From Octopus sinensis (Eukaryota): a DNA stretch of 64,000 nt. The notes under the pieces were generated by a model. That model was not told the DNA's origin, made no database searches, and worked only from the letters and a program-made list of their open reading frames with translations. The position numbers and the translations under genes are program-made. Shown one piece after another: positions 40,003 through 54,705 of this stretch. The stretch covers positions 78,430,001 through 78,494,000 of the forward strand of contig NC_043006.1 of NCBI RefSeq assembly GCF_006345805.1. Reading direction: 5' to 3'. Position 1 is the first letter of the stretch, and every line of letters starts with the position of its first letter.

Positions 40003-41300
40003 TATATAAATATACACTCATAGATATACAAAGCATGTATGCATATTTAAATGGCGGTGCCCCAGCATGGCCACAGCTCATTAGCTGAAACTGGAAAATC
40101 GAAAATCAAAAGATATATATACATATATTTATATATGAATGTAAGGATGAATGGATGGATGGATGGATGGATGGATGGATGGGAGGCAGGATTGATTGAT
40201 GGATGGATGCGTATGTATGTGTAGTCAAATATTCACATACATACACACAATTACACAAATACATAGAGACAGAACGAGAGAGAGAACGCGAGAGAGAACT
40301 GAATATACGTAAGTCCATGTGTACGTTCGAGCGCGCATGTGTATTTCTTCCGACAAAGAAGAAGCATTATATATATATATATATACGCTGAATGAAATTA
40401 TGTCTAAAGAATTAACTCCCAAGCATTGCCGAGCAAGAATTTAACTGTTAATAATGAATCATTATTCAGAGTATGAGATATTACTAACATGTTCTGAAAA
40501 AAATTTTTCTTAATGGCAAAAACAAAGGTACATTGTGAGATTTCATTCAAAATTATTTACAAACTCGTACGAACACAGAGTGAGCACGAACATCTTTCGT
40601 TCATTTCTAACAATCGACATAGATAATGCAGGAAAATTTTTGATTATTAATTAGCAGTACTTACTAGCATGTGAAGAATTCAGAAAAATACTGTAAAAAT
40701 ATCCAAAAAGTGTGAAGAGCCTGATACATATATTTTGCATGATTCGTAGTCTTCTTTATATGAAAATTACGTATATAGATACAGCTGATTCTGTCTAAAG
40801 AATTACGGTGTTTAACATTCGCTTAAATTTACGATTTTGCTTTGCTTTTTACACACGCTGTTGTAGTCAAAGGCATCTGTGATATGCAGAACAGGTTAAT
40901 ACTGCTGGTTTTGTTAGTGCTAATATCGTGGCCGGAAGTAGGGCGCCCCGACATCCGTGATTTTTACAAGTATTTCATTCTTTTGCTAAGTGTTTCATTT
41001 CTCTTTTATATTTGTACTTTGTTCATTTCATTTATTTTTCTCTTTTTACTTTTTGTTGTTATAGTGTGTATTTCTGAGTATGTATGTCTAAGACATATAA
41101 GTGGAATCTGTGTGTACATGTGTTTAGTTAGTTATAAATATATTCGCAAGTGTGTTAAGGTGAGTTTGTGTCATTATGTCCATAACACCATGTGCCTCTG
41201 CATTGTTTTTCGTCTGTTGGTCGTTGCTATTTTAATTCTAAAGTTATTACATATAGTATAATTTGTACTTGAGCACACACACACACACTCATATAAAATA

Positions 41301-41403
<103 letters not shown>

Positions 41404-41724
41404 CTGCTTTCTCACTTAGCCAGCGGGGTTGCGTCATTTGAAGGCTGAAACAATGCGAAGCGCATTGTGATCAGCGATATAACCACAACTAATCTGATAG
41501 CCTGGTTGGTCACGGTGATCACTGTGATATATATAAAGTTGGATAAGCTAATAAAAGCGAGACCTAAGGCCACCGCCCCACCTCAGATCAACATTATCGT
41601 TAAATGTCACTCTTTAGAGTCCCATCATCAATAAAACTTTCTGTTAGTTTACTACAAGTTGATTAGTAATATCTAATAATACATGTATGTGTGTATGTGT
41701 GTGGATGTGTGCGTATGTATGTGT

Positions 41725-41790
<66 letters not shown>

Positions 41791-42407
41791 AGTTATACCT
41801 ATATCTGAATTTATGAACGTGTGCATATATTCATTGTACAACGTGTTTAGCGGTTCTAATATCATTACTGAAGATTCTGTCTTCATTCAGGTTATCTTTG
41901 AAATGGTAACTTAATAAGATGTCCAATTCACTAGAATTCAACCAAGAAGGAATTAACATGAACCTACCAACGAAATCTCATGAAGCACTCATTAATTACA
42001 CAGAGTGCAACCGCCACGTTAGATTTGTTATTAATTTACGCTGCACATTTACAATTCATTCAAGACAGCAAAAATGATGTTATCACTAAGACAGTAATCT
42101 GCTAATACTAGTTTAGTCTGAGAGCCATTTGTTATTTCAAAATAGTTGCCTCTATATTTTGTTACTTACATATGTAACGCTTAATATATATCTTATTCAA
42201 CCGGGGAAAATTTATTTATAATTCTGAACATAAGGATAAATTTTTCAGCTAATCTCTTATAAATACGAGGCCATCCATGAAGGAGTTTAAAATAAACTTA
42301 ACCCAACGGAGATAATTATCGAAGAAAGGACCTTTCCATCACAGGGAATTATCGCGCTGGCCAACACAGACATATGACTGCTTCCTTTTCTTGTATACCA
42401 GACCCTG

Positions 42408-42792
42408 TGGAAGCACTCCGTCGGTTACGACGATGAGGGTTCCGGTTGATCCGAATGAACGGAACAGCCTGCTCATGAAATTAACGTGCAAGTGGCTGAG
42501 CACTCCACAGACACGTGTACCCTTAACGTAGTTCTCGGGGATATTCAGCGTGACACAGAGAGTGACAAGGCCGGCCCTTTGAAATACAGGTACAACAGAA
42601 ACAGGAAGTAAGAGTGAGAGAAAGTTGTGGTGAAAGAGTACAGCAGGGATCACCACCATCCCCTGCCGGAGCCTCGTGGAGCTTTAGGTGTTTTCGCTCA
42701 ATAAACACTCACAACGCCCGCTCTGGGAATCGAAACCGCGATCCTATGACCGCGAGTCCGCTGCCCTAACCACTGGGCCATTGCGCCTCCAC
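42408..42792 (-). mobile_element. tRNA-derived SINE family 2, full copy
   Basis: Reverse complement of 20830-21215 with few differences. Confidence 0.85.
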
Positions 42793-44555
42793 TACTAGAC
42801 CCTGTGTGCCTTATAGAACGAATGCTATACTGCCGAACAATTTGATATAACCACTACTAATCATCACTATATATCACGAGCTTTGCACAATCCATCCTCG
42901 CTTGTACTCTTGTCAATATTTCTAAGACACTAAAGGTAGTGAGCTGGCATAATCGTGAGCATGCCAGGCAAAATGCTTATCGGCATTTCGTTTGTCTATA
43001 CATTCTGAGTTTGAATTCCACCGAGGTGGAAATCGCTGGACACGTGCCAAAATTTGGAATCAAAACTTTCAAGACACTAAATTCCGCCGGGATCGACTTT
43101 GCCTTTCACCCTTTCGGGATCGATAAAATAAGTGCCAGCTGAGTACTTGGGTCGATGCAATCGACTAACACCTTTCCATGAAATTGCTGGGGGAAAGTAT
43201 TCAACTACGCTCCTTCTCTTTTGAAAATATTTGCAATCAATATTACATCTAATTAAGGATCCTTACTACTTTTAAATTTCATTTGTATCTAAATCATAAA
43301 TAAATGGAGATTAAAACAAGGCAACAACATCTCGTTCTTTGTTTATATTGATTATTTGAAAATAGTTATGAGTTTCTTGTATTAGAAAGAAATATTAAAC
43401 AAATCAAAATCAAATTACATTGTATTAAGAATACTAACGTAAAAGCATCAAGACATATAAAAGGGAGTCTTTATTTAAGATGTATCTTGAAGCGAATTGA
43501 GCTATAAATAACTTATAGTATATTGACTGAAAACTCTGGATGGAAAAGGCGCAGAAAGCTGCTTGCCTGTTTCGAAACCCAAACAGATGTACTATCAATT
43601 TTACTAAAATGACCTCTCGCTAAGTTAAACTTCCTCGCTAATCGAATTAAATTATTTTATTTGATGCAAGAATAGAGGGGACTGCTTCAGTATAAACCGG
43701 ATTATAATAAAACTGCATTGTTAAAGAATATCCACATTTGTTGGTTTAGGAAATGTAAATTGGCAATGGTTTAAATTATCAATAGCTTCGCTATTGAATA
43801 GATAAATGAATAGATAAATAAACGCTGGGCGTAAAACGAGGTCTTTTCTCCAAGACTGCAAATTTGTCCTGGTGTTCATTTTATCATCCAGCCCAAAGAT
43901 TTTTCAAATCATGGCACACTGAATAATATCGTAAATGCTGATGGTATATCAAACGTTATATCTAACAACAGCTATTAAAACTGTTTAAGAACATAGATGG
44001 ACGCACGCAGTTTCAATACCCAATGTGATGCAGTTTTCTGAATATCCTGAGGGCTATACACGGCTCATAGTTGTGTCGAGATACAACGATTGCAAACGTC
44101 TGATTAAGTTATATAGTTATTGCATAGCCTTCGCCAACCGAATCTGAGACATAATTTCGATTTTTCATTGACTTACTTCATTTCCCTTCGTTTATATCCC
44201 TATGATTTCTAGCCATAATAGTTAGCTTGAAGGGGAGAAAAATCCGCCAGAACTAATTATGTACAATAAACTACACGAGGACAATATTTTCGGAGATAGT
44301 ATGTTAGTACAAAGGTACATCAACTCTTAAAATTCAAATTTTTTCCGATCCATGTGAATTCATGAACAGTTCCAAAATAGAATGATACTAGGATTTGAAA
44401 CCACAAATATTTTTTACTGGTTGAATACGAGCTAAAATTAAAACTGTCAACTACGAAGAAATAAGTGGTTGCTATCACTAGGGGAAAAGGTTAAGTACCG
44501 TTCACTCTGATTACTTAAAGTGTTCACTTTGGTTTTTTTTTTTTTACAAACTTAC

Positions 44556-44612
44556 CAATGCACAGCAGTCCAAAAGTAAACAGCTTTCTCGTTAGTATTT
44601 GTATATTACATA
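44556..44612 (-). CDS. Candidate signal-peptide exon of the LRP-like gene
   Basis: 57-nt phase1-phase1 segment with acceptor cttttttaaagcag| and donor ATTG|gtaagt. Reads xCNIQILTRKLFTFGLLCI(V); joined to the 14761 exon it gives ...RKLFTFGLLCIVRHG-RNLIW, which resembles an n/h/c signal peptide. Supported only by splice signals, phase and hydrophobicity. Confidence 0.4.
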
Positions 44613-46567
44613 CTGCTTTAAAAAAGATTATGATTGCATATATTAATTTTCGCTTTGATTTTCTTTTCTCAAAATAATATACACAAAACGTAGAAAAGAA
44701 TGATTCGAAACAACGATTTTAAATTTTATCAAACGTAAAAATGTTTTAAAAATTTGTCTGTCGATAGTAAATAGCTACTTTGTTAAACTATTCTTCCCAA
44801 AATATTTAAACACTCAACTAATGTAGTACTACTCTTCCTGTCATTAATTAGTATCAGATAATGGCTCAGAAGTTCTTTAATTGTTTTATATGTATGTTGA
44901 AAAATCTTCCATGCAGTTGCACTGTGCATCTAATTGCATGTGTAATTCCCTAGAACCTTTAGGATTGGTGGGAAGAAAGGAAAAGTTGTCCTTAGAAAAG
45001 AAACCCGGCCCGAATATTTGCAATCACCGAGTGTACTCCGCTAAATACATGCAAGAGGCAGGTGGTGTTGTTAAACAATGAAACGGGTTAAGATTACCTT
45101 CCCAAATTTGAAGCGGTCATTTTGAAGGATTCTGCACATTTTCTGCCTACTGAATTTCGTTTGCAACACCTTGATAGCAGGCACATGTCCAAGGTGCCGT
45201 ACAGTAGAATCAGATAAGAAATCACGTTGATGCAAAATATGCACCAATAAAGTATCTTTCTTAATTAAAAAGAAGTGTGTGGAGTCAATTAAACCCAGTC
45301 CATTTTAATGTCTGATTGGTAAAGTTATTTTCCAACCAGACTTACCTGCTTATGTTCTGATGTATGCTGAATTTTTCTAGAGAACATTCTTTTCCTTTGT
45401 GGTTTGATCGTAGGTGATCTATTTCTAGCATATTGGATGTCCACTTAGTGGTCATCCCTTCTTATACGCATATATATATATATATATATGACGGGCTTCT
45501 TTCAGTTTCCGTCTACCAAATAAATGGTAGAATGATCGTGAACAAAGTGCTATTTCTTCCTACAGACCATCTTTTCTATATTTTACATAAAAGCATTGCC
45601 ATAACATGGCGTGTATATGCTAAATTATCTATTGTAACATACTGCGGAGATCATATCCTAAAAGAGATTCGAATTTGCCGAATTAAGCCTACAGACTTTC
45701 ATTCGACAACCTAAATTCATCAACGCGCACCAAAAACCATCAACGTCGCAACAAATGTTATGTCTCGCAATCACTAACGCTTTCTGCTGGCTTCTCTCGA
45801 TACGAAACACTGAACCCTAGAGACTGCTCCTCACATATTTAGGCTTAGTTTCCTACAAGGCTCGAGTGAGACCCAAGGCGGAGTGCCGCGCTTCAAATCT
45901 GAGATGGGTTATTGCTTGTGCTATAAATGGACATCCTAATTTAAATTGGGAAAATTACCTGAAGTACACACTTATGTTCCAGCGCTTCTCATCCTCAAAT
46001 GGAAATACAGAACACAATGTGCGCGTGTGCGTGCATGTGTATGTGTGTGTGCGTGTGTATGTGTGTGTGTGTGTGTGTGTGTGAATTGTCAATTGTGGTA
46101 CACAACTGCCTCTACTATTACATAAGCCTGATGATTGCCTAATGCATGGAGGTACTAGTTTTTTTAACAAAATAAAGGCATAATATTCTATTATCATAAT
46201 ATTGTGTAATTGTAAATAATAAAACGGAAAAATCAGACTAGGTTTCATTGATTAATTTCATTGATTAATATATTCATTGAATGATATATTCTTATATACG
46301 CAATCACACAAACTCACGTACGTCTATTTGTGGTGTCCTGTACTCACGTATATATATTTATATATGCATGTATATATACATGTAGATGTAGGTACGTACA
46401 TATATGTATGTATGTATGCATATATTTTATTTATTACACTATTGTATGACTGAGCGCCCTCGCGTCGATTCGATTCGTTTCGTTTCGTTTCATCTCCTCC
46501 AGGTAAGTTTTTATATATTATTATGACGCGAAACTCTATAACCCTTTGCTTGACCTTCCTTCCTTCC

Positions 46568-46605
<38 letters not shown>

Positions 46606-46643
46606 TCCTCATCTCTCTCACAGCCGCTTGTCTTCCTCTATCT

Positions 46644-46769
46644 CTCTCTCTCGCTCCTCCTCATCTCTCTCTCGCTCCTCCTCATCTCTCTCTCGCTCCT
46701 CCTCATCTCTCTCTCGCTCCTCCTCATCTCTCTCTCGCTCCTCCTCATCTCTCTCTCGCTCCTCCTCAT
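46644..46769. repeat. 21-bp minisatellite (ctctctctcgctcctcctcat) x6
   Basis: Six exact units. Confidence 0.95.
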
Positions 46770-47468
46770 CTCTCTCTCAGCCGGGCGACTACTTCCTTTC
46801 GCCTGCGGCCTCCTAACAGTGAACACACATTCTTCTTGCGCTCTTAAGAACCTTTCCTCGTCTAGGCCAAAAAAAGGCCCTCATTGTTTGTTTTCTTGTT
46901 TGTTTTTATTTCTTGTACTGTATTTTTTTGTAATTGTATTTTTATTTTGTATTTTATTTTGTATTTTATTTTGTAATTTTATTTGCATCGTTTTTATGTC
47001 CTGTTTTTGTCACATTTTTTCTTTCCTTGTTTTTACCCCTCTGCGAAGTAATTTTATTTAATTCTTTCGCAGGAAGGGTTAGTTCGTCGAGTCGTGTTCT
47101 GTCCTCACCTTCGAAATACGCTGGAGTTGAACTAGGGACAGCTGATGAAGGGGAATTTTCCTTGCGTAGTTTGTCTTGTATCTGTTTTTTCGTTGTTAAA
47201 AAAGGTCCGTTTCCATGTTTGTTTTTATGTTTTCGTTTCTCGTTGAGTTCTACGTCTATATATATACTCACGTATATATATTTATATATGCATGAATATA
47301 TACATGTAGATGTATGTACGTACATATATGTGTGTATGCATATATTTTATTTATTACACTATTGTATGACTGAGCGCCCTCGCGTCGATTCGATTCGATT
47401 CGTTTCGTTTCATCTCCTCCAAGTAAGTTTTAATATATATATATATATATATTATATATACCTGAGTT

Positions 47469-47500
<32 letters not shown>

Positions 47501-48255
47501 TGTATATGTACGTAAATATCGTAGGATGAAAATGTGTCCTGAACACCGCATTGACGGATATAATTTCTTTATTTGTGAATTAAAGCTTCCATTGGTTTCA
47601 TGTTAAGAAAAAGAGGAAAATATTATAGTGTCTTAACAAATTTTCAAACCGATCACTTGCAGAAAGGTGTTCGCGGAGATTATCAAGTTACGCTACTCTT
47701 CGTTGGCAACTTTTGGATGTTTGTCTCTCTTCGTTTTGTCTTTGGGCACATTGTTTGCATTATTTTGTTTTTATTCTGGGCATGGTGTTCTTATACTTGT
47801 GTGTTGAGGTAGTTCGTCATTGGGGCATATTTCTTCTGTGTCTGGAGTTTGTGTGTTATGTGTGTTCAGATTTCACGTTTAGGAGAGGGGCTATCCTGAT
47901 GGGGTTACTGTCACAGATAGTCGCTCTTCTTTGAAGTATTTGAGTGAAAATATTGCTTGTGTATGCTAGAAGATGTTTCACCCCTAATACTTAGGATGGT
48001 ATTTGTTGATTGTATAATATTTAATGTCTCAGTAATACATAGTTCACGTTTGATACCCCATCCTCTGTATGTTTTGGATTTAAAAATAATTTTCCGTTCT
48101 ATCTATGGGTTACTTATTCTGCCTTCTTTCAATGTCCAAATCATATTTGACACGTATGTTGCATGTTTTGTGTGTATGTGACATTGATAATGTTGATATT
48201 ATAAAGTTGCATTTAAATGAAAATTTATAATTTGTGCGTTGTTGTTACTCATCAG

Positions 48256-48462
48256 TACGATGGTGTGCTGAAAAGTTTCTGGCTTTAAAAAGTATCACGA
48301 AAGACGTAGTTGAAGGCCCAAACTTCCGAGTTCGTTTAGAGGGGTTAGAAAAACTGAAGGACCGCTGCAATAAGTGTGTAAATCTGAGAGAGGAATATAT
48401 TGAATAAAATCATAATTAACTGATCCTCCTGTATTTTCTTTTGCCCAAATTCAGGAACTTCC
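48256..48462 (+). mobile_element. Mariner-derived short element (MITE-like remnant)
   Basis: Starts TACGATGGTGTGCTGAAAAGTTTCTGG (TIR-like). 48342-48407 reads GLEKLKDRCNKCVNLREEYIE*, the typical mariner transposase C-terminus. Decayed right TIR ...CAGGAACTT. Confidence 0.65.
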
Positions 48463-48724
48463 GTCTCAAGTGCGAATCGAGTATCCTGAACAGATGAGCT
48501 GAAATAACATCGAAATATCGATATTTATTATTCTCTTTCATCTCCGAGGTGACGCGCTTCTCGTGGCTTTCAAGTATATCAAGTATACTGTGTTTTTCTT
48601 TACAATACCTCTTAAAGGGACTTTCCCTGGACGAAATGTTACACGCTTTGTGGCGAAAACGCGTGTGACCACACGCGCACATTGAGTATGTGTTGTAGTA
48701 TGTCCACATGATGGAACTGCTTGC

Positions 48725-48852
48725 AATTCAAAGTGGTAAGAAGCTTGTTTCCCAAACACAGTCCCATTGCGTGGTACCTTGGGCAAGTGTCTTCTACTAT
48801 AATTACCAAGCCTTGTGAGTGGATTTGGTAGACGGAAACTGAAAGAAGCCCG

Positions 48853-48888
<36 letters not shown>

Positions 48889-49105
48889 TTATATGTGTGT
48901 GTCTATGTGTTTGCCGCCACCATCGCTTGACAAACGATGCTGCTGTGTTCACGTCCCTGTAACTTACTGGCTCAGTAAAAGACACCGATGGAATAAGTAC
49001 AAGGCTTACAAAGAATAAGTCCTGGGTTTGATATCTTCGAATTAAAATATCTTTAAGGCGGTGCACTAGCATGGCCACAGTCAAATGGCTGAAACAAGTA
49101 AAAGA
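48725..49105 (+). mobile_element. tRNA-derived SINE family 1 copy
   Basis: Homology to the other family 1 copies. Confidence 0.75.
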
Positions 49106-49161
49106 AAACAGAAATAAAAGGATATGTGCGTGCGTGTGTGTGTGTGAGTGTGTTTGCGCGC

Positions 49162-49215
<54 letters not shown>

Positions 49216-49589
49216 CTGTGTGTGTGCCATGTATTTATATATATATATACATATATATGCATATGCAGATAGAAATATAAATACACACACATGTATGTAT
49301 GATTGTATGTGTGAAAGTGTGTATGTATATTATATTATATATATAATTATATATATATATATATACATATATATATAAGACTTATTGAAACGAAATGAAT
49401 TTTCAAACGTCGTATCATATTTTTTCTCTAGTATTTTCATTATGAAAACTAGTAGACTTTGCAACCCCTTCCACATCTTCAAGCCTTTTCTTTCTATTGT
49501 CTTCCCTTTCTTAACTCTAACTAGAGACTCAAAATTGAAATTATTTTGTAAGTTCCATTTAAATATACATACATAATACATACAACATG

Positions 49590-49641
49590 TATGTGTGTGT
49601 GTAGACAAGTACATATGTACATGTATATGTATGAGCGTGCT

Positions 49642-49673
<32 letters not shown>

Positions 49674-49822
49674 CATACATACATATATGTATATATATAT
49701 ACATATATATATACGTATATATATATGTATGTATATATACATACATATATATGTATATACGTATATATATATGTGTATATATATTATATATATATATATT
49801 ATATATATATATATATTATATA

Positions 49823-49862
<40 letters not shown>

Positions 49863-50030
49863 TATATATATATATATATATATATGTATAATATATATGT
49901 TATATATATATATATATGTATGTATATATATATATAGTATATATATATATATATATATACGCACACGCACACCTACACACATAACACACACATATATATA
50001 TATATGTGTGTGTGTATGTGTATGTATATT
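49590..50030. repeat. Compound (TA)n/(TACA)n microsatellite; one of dozens of TA, CA, TACA, GATA, AAT and CAT tracts in the window
   Basis: Direct reading. Other large tracts include 32717-33900, 39760-40015, 55150-55575 (GT-rich), 50130-50400 (CTA/CAC) and 9830-9910 (CAT). Confidence 0.95.
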
Positions 50031-50167
50031 TATAGAAACATTTTGCCTTTGTAGTCAGAGCTAATAGAGAGTGAGAAGCGCTGGAGTATAAGCGTTGTCT
50101 TCCGGTCATTTTCTAAACTCAAGCAGCTAGTTCCTCCACCACTACAACTACTAATACTACTACTACC

Positions 50168-50198
<31 letters not shown>

Positions 50199-51240
50199 TC
50201 AATATCACAACCGCTACTACCACTAGCACCACCTCCACGAACATCAATCCACCATCACTACCTTTACCGCTACTGCTACTGATACTACTATTACTGCTAC
50301 TACAACAAGTACTACTGCCACTAATACTACGACTACTACTACTGCTAATACTACTACTACTACTATTACTACTACTACTGTCAATGCTGCTGTTGATGCT
50401 GCTGCTTGCATCATAATTCCAAATACAAAGATATATATTCATAAACCCTCAGATTGATATCCAGGGCAAGTTTTTTCCACTAAAATTTCTGCATTATTTT
50501 TTTTATTCTATTACCTTGTATGTGTGAGTGTGACTAATTTTCACTGAAGAGATCTAATAACACTGAAACCTGCCCAGAGTTATCACTACTTTATAGCATA
50601 TCTTTTTCTGTCCTTTGTGTTTCTTTTCGACATTATCGCTTGCGTTTATGTTATAATGTTAACGCCACTGATTTTTCACGCCATCAAGGATGTAATTAAA
50701 CTTTGGGGTAAGGGCGACAAGCTGGCAGAATCGCTGTTAGTTCAAATCCTGCTGAGATCAACTATGAATTACATTTTCTCGGGGTCGATAAAATAAAGTA
50801 CAAAATGCGTAACAGCATTTCTTCTGCGTTTACGTTTTGAGTTCAAATGTTACCCAGGTCACTTCTGCTTTTCTTTCTTTCAGAGTAAATGAAATAAATA
50901 TCGGTTGAGCACTGAGGTCGAAAATGTCGACTCGCTCCTTCGCCCAAACTTGCGGGCATATTCTTGTAGTAGATAGTATTGTTATAATTATTCGACTTGA
51001 CTCAGGTTTGGTCTTATTCCTGGTAGAATTCATGAGGGTACCAGGTAATCGTCAATGTTTCCGTGATTTCTTGGCTTGTGATTATTATCTATATATCAAT
51101 ACGCTTGTGCCGTCGGTGTTTGTCACGCTAAGGGAGATAAGTCAGTATTAAATTCGAATCATTTCCCTTGGTTTCTGGACTGGCATTGCTGCAACACGCT
51201 TGAAAAGTGGTAAAATACTTCACAGTATACTTATAAATAC

Positions 51241-51281
<41 letters not shown>

Positions 51282-51314
51282 TTATTATTATTATTATTAT
51301 TATTATTATCATCA

Positions 51315-51600
51315 TCATATGAAACCTCACAGCTTATTTTGCTGTGTATGATGGAAAGTGTCAGTTGTCCACAGCCATCAGACTAAGGTGACACTTGTTT
51401 ACTGGTCATATTTCAAGAATCCTGCGAAGAATTCTTGCTGTTCCAACCAATGCTGATTTTTGCAGGTGTTCTACCTTCAGACTTGCACCGAACTTTTTCA
51501 GCCATGTTGGTAGTTGAGTACTGATACTTCCAAGTGCACCAATTACAATTGGTATCATGTCTACTCGCTACATTTACCACAACTTTCGTATTTTCCACTT
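51315..51600 (-). mobile_element. 3' end fragment of an R4/Dong-like LINE with (AAT)n tail
   Basis: Reads ...MIPIVIGALGSISTQLPTWLKKFGASLKVEHLQKSALVGTARILRRIL; tail (ATT)n at 51240-51310. Confidence 0.65.
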
Positions 51601-52026
51601 TATATCGGCATAATTGCTTATTTTTTCTTCTTTCACATTGACCCTGTTCTCACCAGGGCATACTACGTCGATAATCATATTTGTACTTTCATTTTTATTT
51701 ATCACAAGAATGTCCGGCCAGGTAATCGCACTGGTATTATTCTTATTTTTATTCTTCTTCTTATTCTTATTATTATTATTATCATTACCTTAGGTGGTGA
51801 GCTGGTTGAATAATTAGTGCACCGAGTGAAATGCTTAGCAGTATTTAGTCTGCCGCTGCCGCTACGTTCTGAATTCAAATTCAGCCGAGATTGACTTTGC
51901 TTTTCATCATTTTGGGATCAATAAATTAAGTATCATTGAAACACTGAGGTCAATGTAATCGACTATCCCCTCCCCCAAATTTCAGGCCTTGTCCCTAAAT
52001 TGAAAGGATTATTATTATTATCATCA

Positions 52027-52085
<59 letters not shown>

Positions 52086-52634
52086 GAGTGAGAGAGCAGT
52101 GCATGCCATCAAAGTGACACTGGGATAAAATATACGAAACCCAGTATACCCATCATGGCTACCCGTCTGATAAGGGTACACTAGGCATCACAACCATATG
52201 TGCACGACATGGTGATCTTATATCAAGATAAACAGCACATGATCTTCCAGGTGGGGCCCAGTTAGAATTTTCTTCGGGTTGAGTAACCCATCGCGCTCAA
52301 AAGGTCCCTGAATAAGGGCTGTTTAAAAATATTGAACGAAACACCCATGTTTCCAGAGGTGAATTATTCAAACCCCAAAGAATTCCTCTCAACACATGGC
52401 TATGATGCTTCCCCACTACTTCTGCTCGTGATCAAAGATGCACATATCGTCAGCCACTAAGAGACATGGTAAACTGGTTAAGGTCTAACAACTGACAAGC
52501 AAATCTGTGGTATTGAGCAGAATATTTGCTGTAGCCCATCTTATATACCAAGACAAAACAATGTACATGATAACAATTCCAATCAGTTAAGATCTGAAGC
52601 CAATGAGAGCTACTGTCTGGTACTGCATCAAGCC

Positions 52635-52689
<55 letters not shown>

Positions 52690-52694
<5 letters not shown>

Positions 52695-53370
52695 TTTTTT
52701 TTTCCTTCTTTCAAATTTGCTTCTATTTCTTGCCGAGTGTCTTCCCGACTCCTAGGGCAAAGAAACTCATAGTATACATTGGTAGGCCATTAAAACAAAC
52801 TCAGTAGTTCGTTCATTTTATTATTATTTTTTTTTAAGTTAAATTAAAATACATGAGCAGCAACAGTTCTCACATCGACAATGCTCTTCTCAATACGTGT
52901 GATGTACCAGTTAAGACAATCTTTTGCACTTCTTGCAGGGATGGTAAGCCAGGGATCATTCTCATATAATTTTCGGTTCCCTTCTTGATCATTCCTAGTG
53001 CTCCTACGATCACTGGTATTGTAACCGCCTTGAGATGCCACATTTTCTCAATTTCAATGAGTAGGTCTTTATATTTTCTGAGCTTGTCAAACTCTTTCGC
53101 TGAGATATTATGATCACAGGGGATGCTCATGTCGATCAATAAGCAAACTTTATTGTTTTGGTCTTTCACAACAATATCTGGTTTATTGGCCTTGATGGTT
53201 CGGTCTGTATGTACTGGAAAGTCCCACAGAATGGTTACATTTTCTCCTTCAGTTACAGCCTCAGGGTGGTGATTATACCACTTGTCGGCAGTTTTGATAT
53301 TGTAATGCCGAATTATTAGCCAGTGGAGATATTGGCCAACTCTGTCATGTCTTAATTTATACTTCACTTA
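52690..53370 (-). mobile_element. 3' end of an R4/Dong-like LINE (restriction-like endonuclease domain) with (AAT)n tail
   Basis: ORF 52870-53367: RHDRVGQYLHW...TDRTIKANKPDIVV...LLIDMSIP...KLRKYKDL...IPVIVGALG (PD-(D/E)xK endonuclease region). Confidence 0.85.
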
Positions 53371-53376
53371 TTATTA

Positions 53377-53447
<71 letters not shown>

Positions 53448-53449
53448 TT

Positions 53450-54663
53450 ATTCTATGTTTGACTTTTGCTTTACATTTGCACAAGCTGTCTTTAAGTCTC
53501 ACCCAGAGACCTCAAGAGACAACAAGTTGGAAGTTCGTGTTGGTGTTATGTCTAGGGTGCCATATATTTGGTTTTGTACTAATTGTTGTACTAGTGAATG
53601 CATAAAAAAAACATACGAAAATTACGTTAGTTTTAAAACTTGAGATTACATAGAAAGTATTTTGCGTACGATATGAGCAGTTCCCAAGAGCACTTCCTTT
53701 TGAATTTCTGCCATTTTGGGGTTTCCTGGTATCTGATTTAGGTAGCAATCAGCCCCTTTTTCTATCATTCCCAGGGCACCTATGACAACAGGTATTGTTT
53801 TAGTCTTCAGGTTCCATATTTTGCTGATTTCTATTTCCAGATCTTTGTATTTGCTCAGTTTCTGGTAGGTCTTAACAGATACGTTTATATCGATTGGGAC
53901 AGTCATATCAATGAGGGGCCATGTTTTTTGTCTGAAGTCTTTTACTATTCACATCTATCTTTCTGTCAGTTTGAATGGTGAAGTTCCAGAGGAGTGAGAT
54001 GTGGTCATTTTCATGCACTGGAGGTGGTTTGTGTTCCCACCAAGATATGGGTCTATAATTATCTACTGCATTAAATTTAGAAGGGTCCTTCTGACAGAGT
54101 ACTGACTTACCGGCTGTCATATTTATGGGTATCTCTGCCGGTTGTATAACCGGTCATTTGAGCTGCGATTCGTTCATGTAAAGATATCAGCTCCTTCAAT
54201 TAAATGCCCTGGACCTAATCAGGTCCAGGAGCTTTCCATGTGAAATTCTTTTGGTTTGCATGAGTACCATTAGAGTTGTTATTTCAATATCACTTTGCTT
54301 CGCATTTGTTTTAACCCCATTCAAATCCTACACCCATTCAACATATCTCTTATATTGTGCCTCATTATCCTACATCTTTGACCAAAGTCTTTTCCTTTCT
54401 TCTGCATTGGGTGTCAGTCTGTCTTTCTATATTCTACTCTCGAGGTCTTGCTACAATCATACTGGAACATCCTATTACTCATTTACTTGTTTCAGTCATT
54501 TGAATGCGGCCATGCTGGGGCACCGCCTTTAATCTAGCAAATCGACCCCGGGACTTATTCTTTGTAAGCCTAGTAGTTATTCTATTGGGGGGACAGACAC
54601 ACACACACAAACATAGACACACACACACAAGCAGACATACACACACACATACACACACATATA

Positions 54664-54705
<42 letters not shown>

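Noticed and set aside
45346-45428. Minus-strand exon ending CAG|gtaagt (and a donor at about 45097)
   Set aside because: The phase-1 frame has a stop and the other phases do not fit the downstream exons. It could still be a UTR exon; no evidence either way.
46523-47061. ORFs with RSSSSLS or SEREMRR repeats
   Set aside because: Translation of a 21-bp minisatellite and CT tracts; no splice or homology support.
48416-48888. ORFs of 97-116 aa
   Set aside because: They overlap mariner and SINE remnants and have no recognisable domain or splice support.
50550-50600. CTGAAGA GATCTAATAACACT GAAAC as a hammerhead
   Set aside because: Helices I and II do not pair; at best a dead relic.
54208-54229. 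Perfect 9-bp hairpin as a LINE 5' ribozyme or leader
   Set aside because: It lies within decayed coding sequence (WKAPGPD*VQG), so it is not a 5' UTR.
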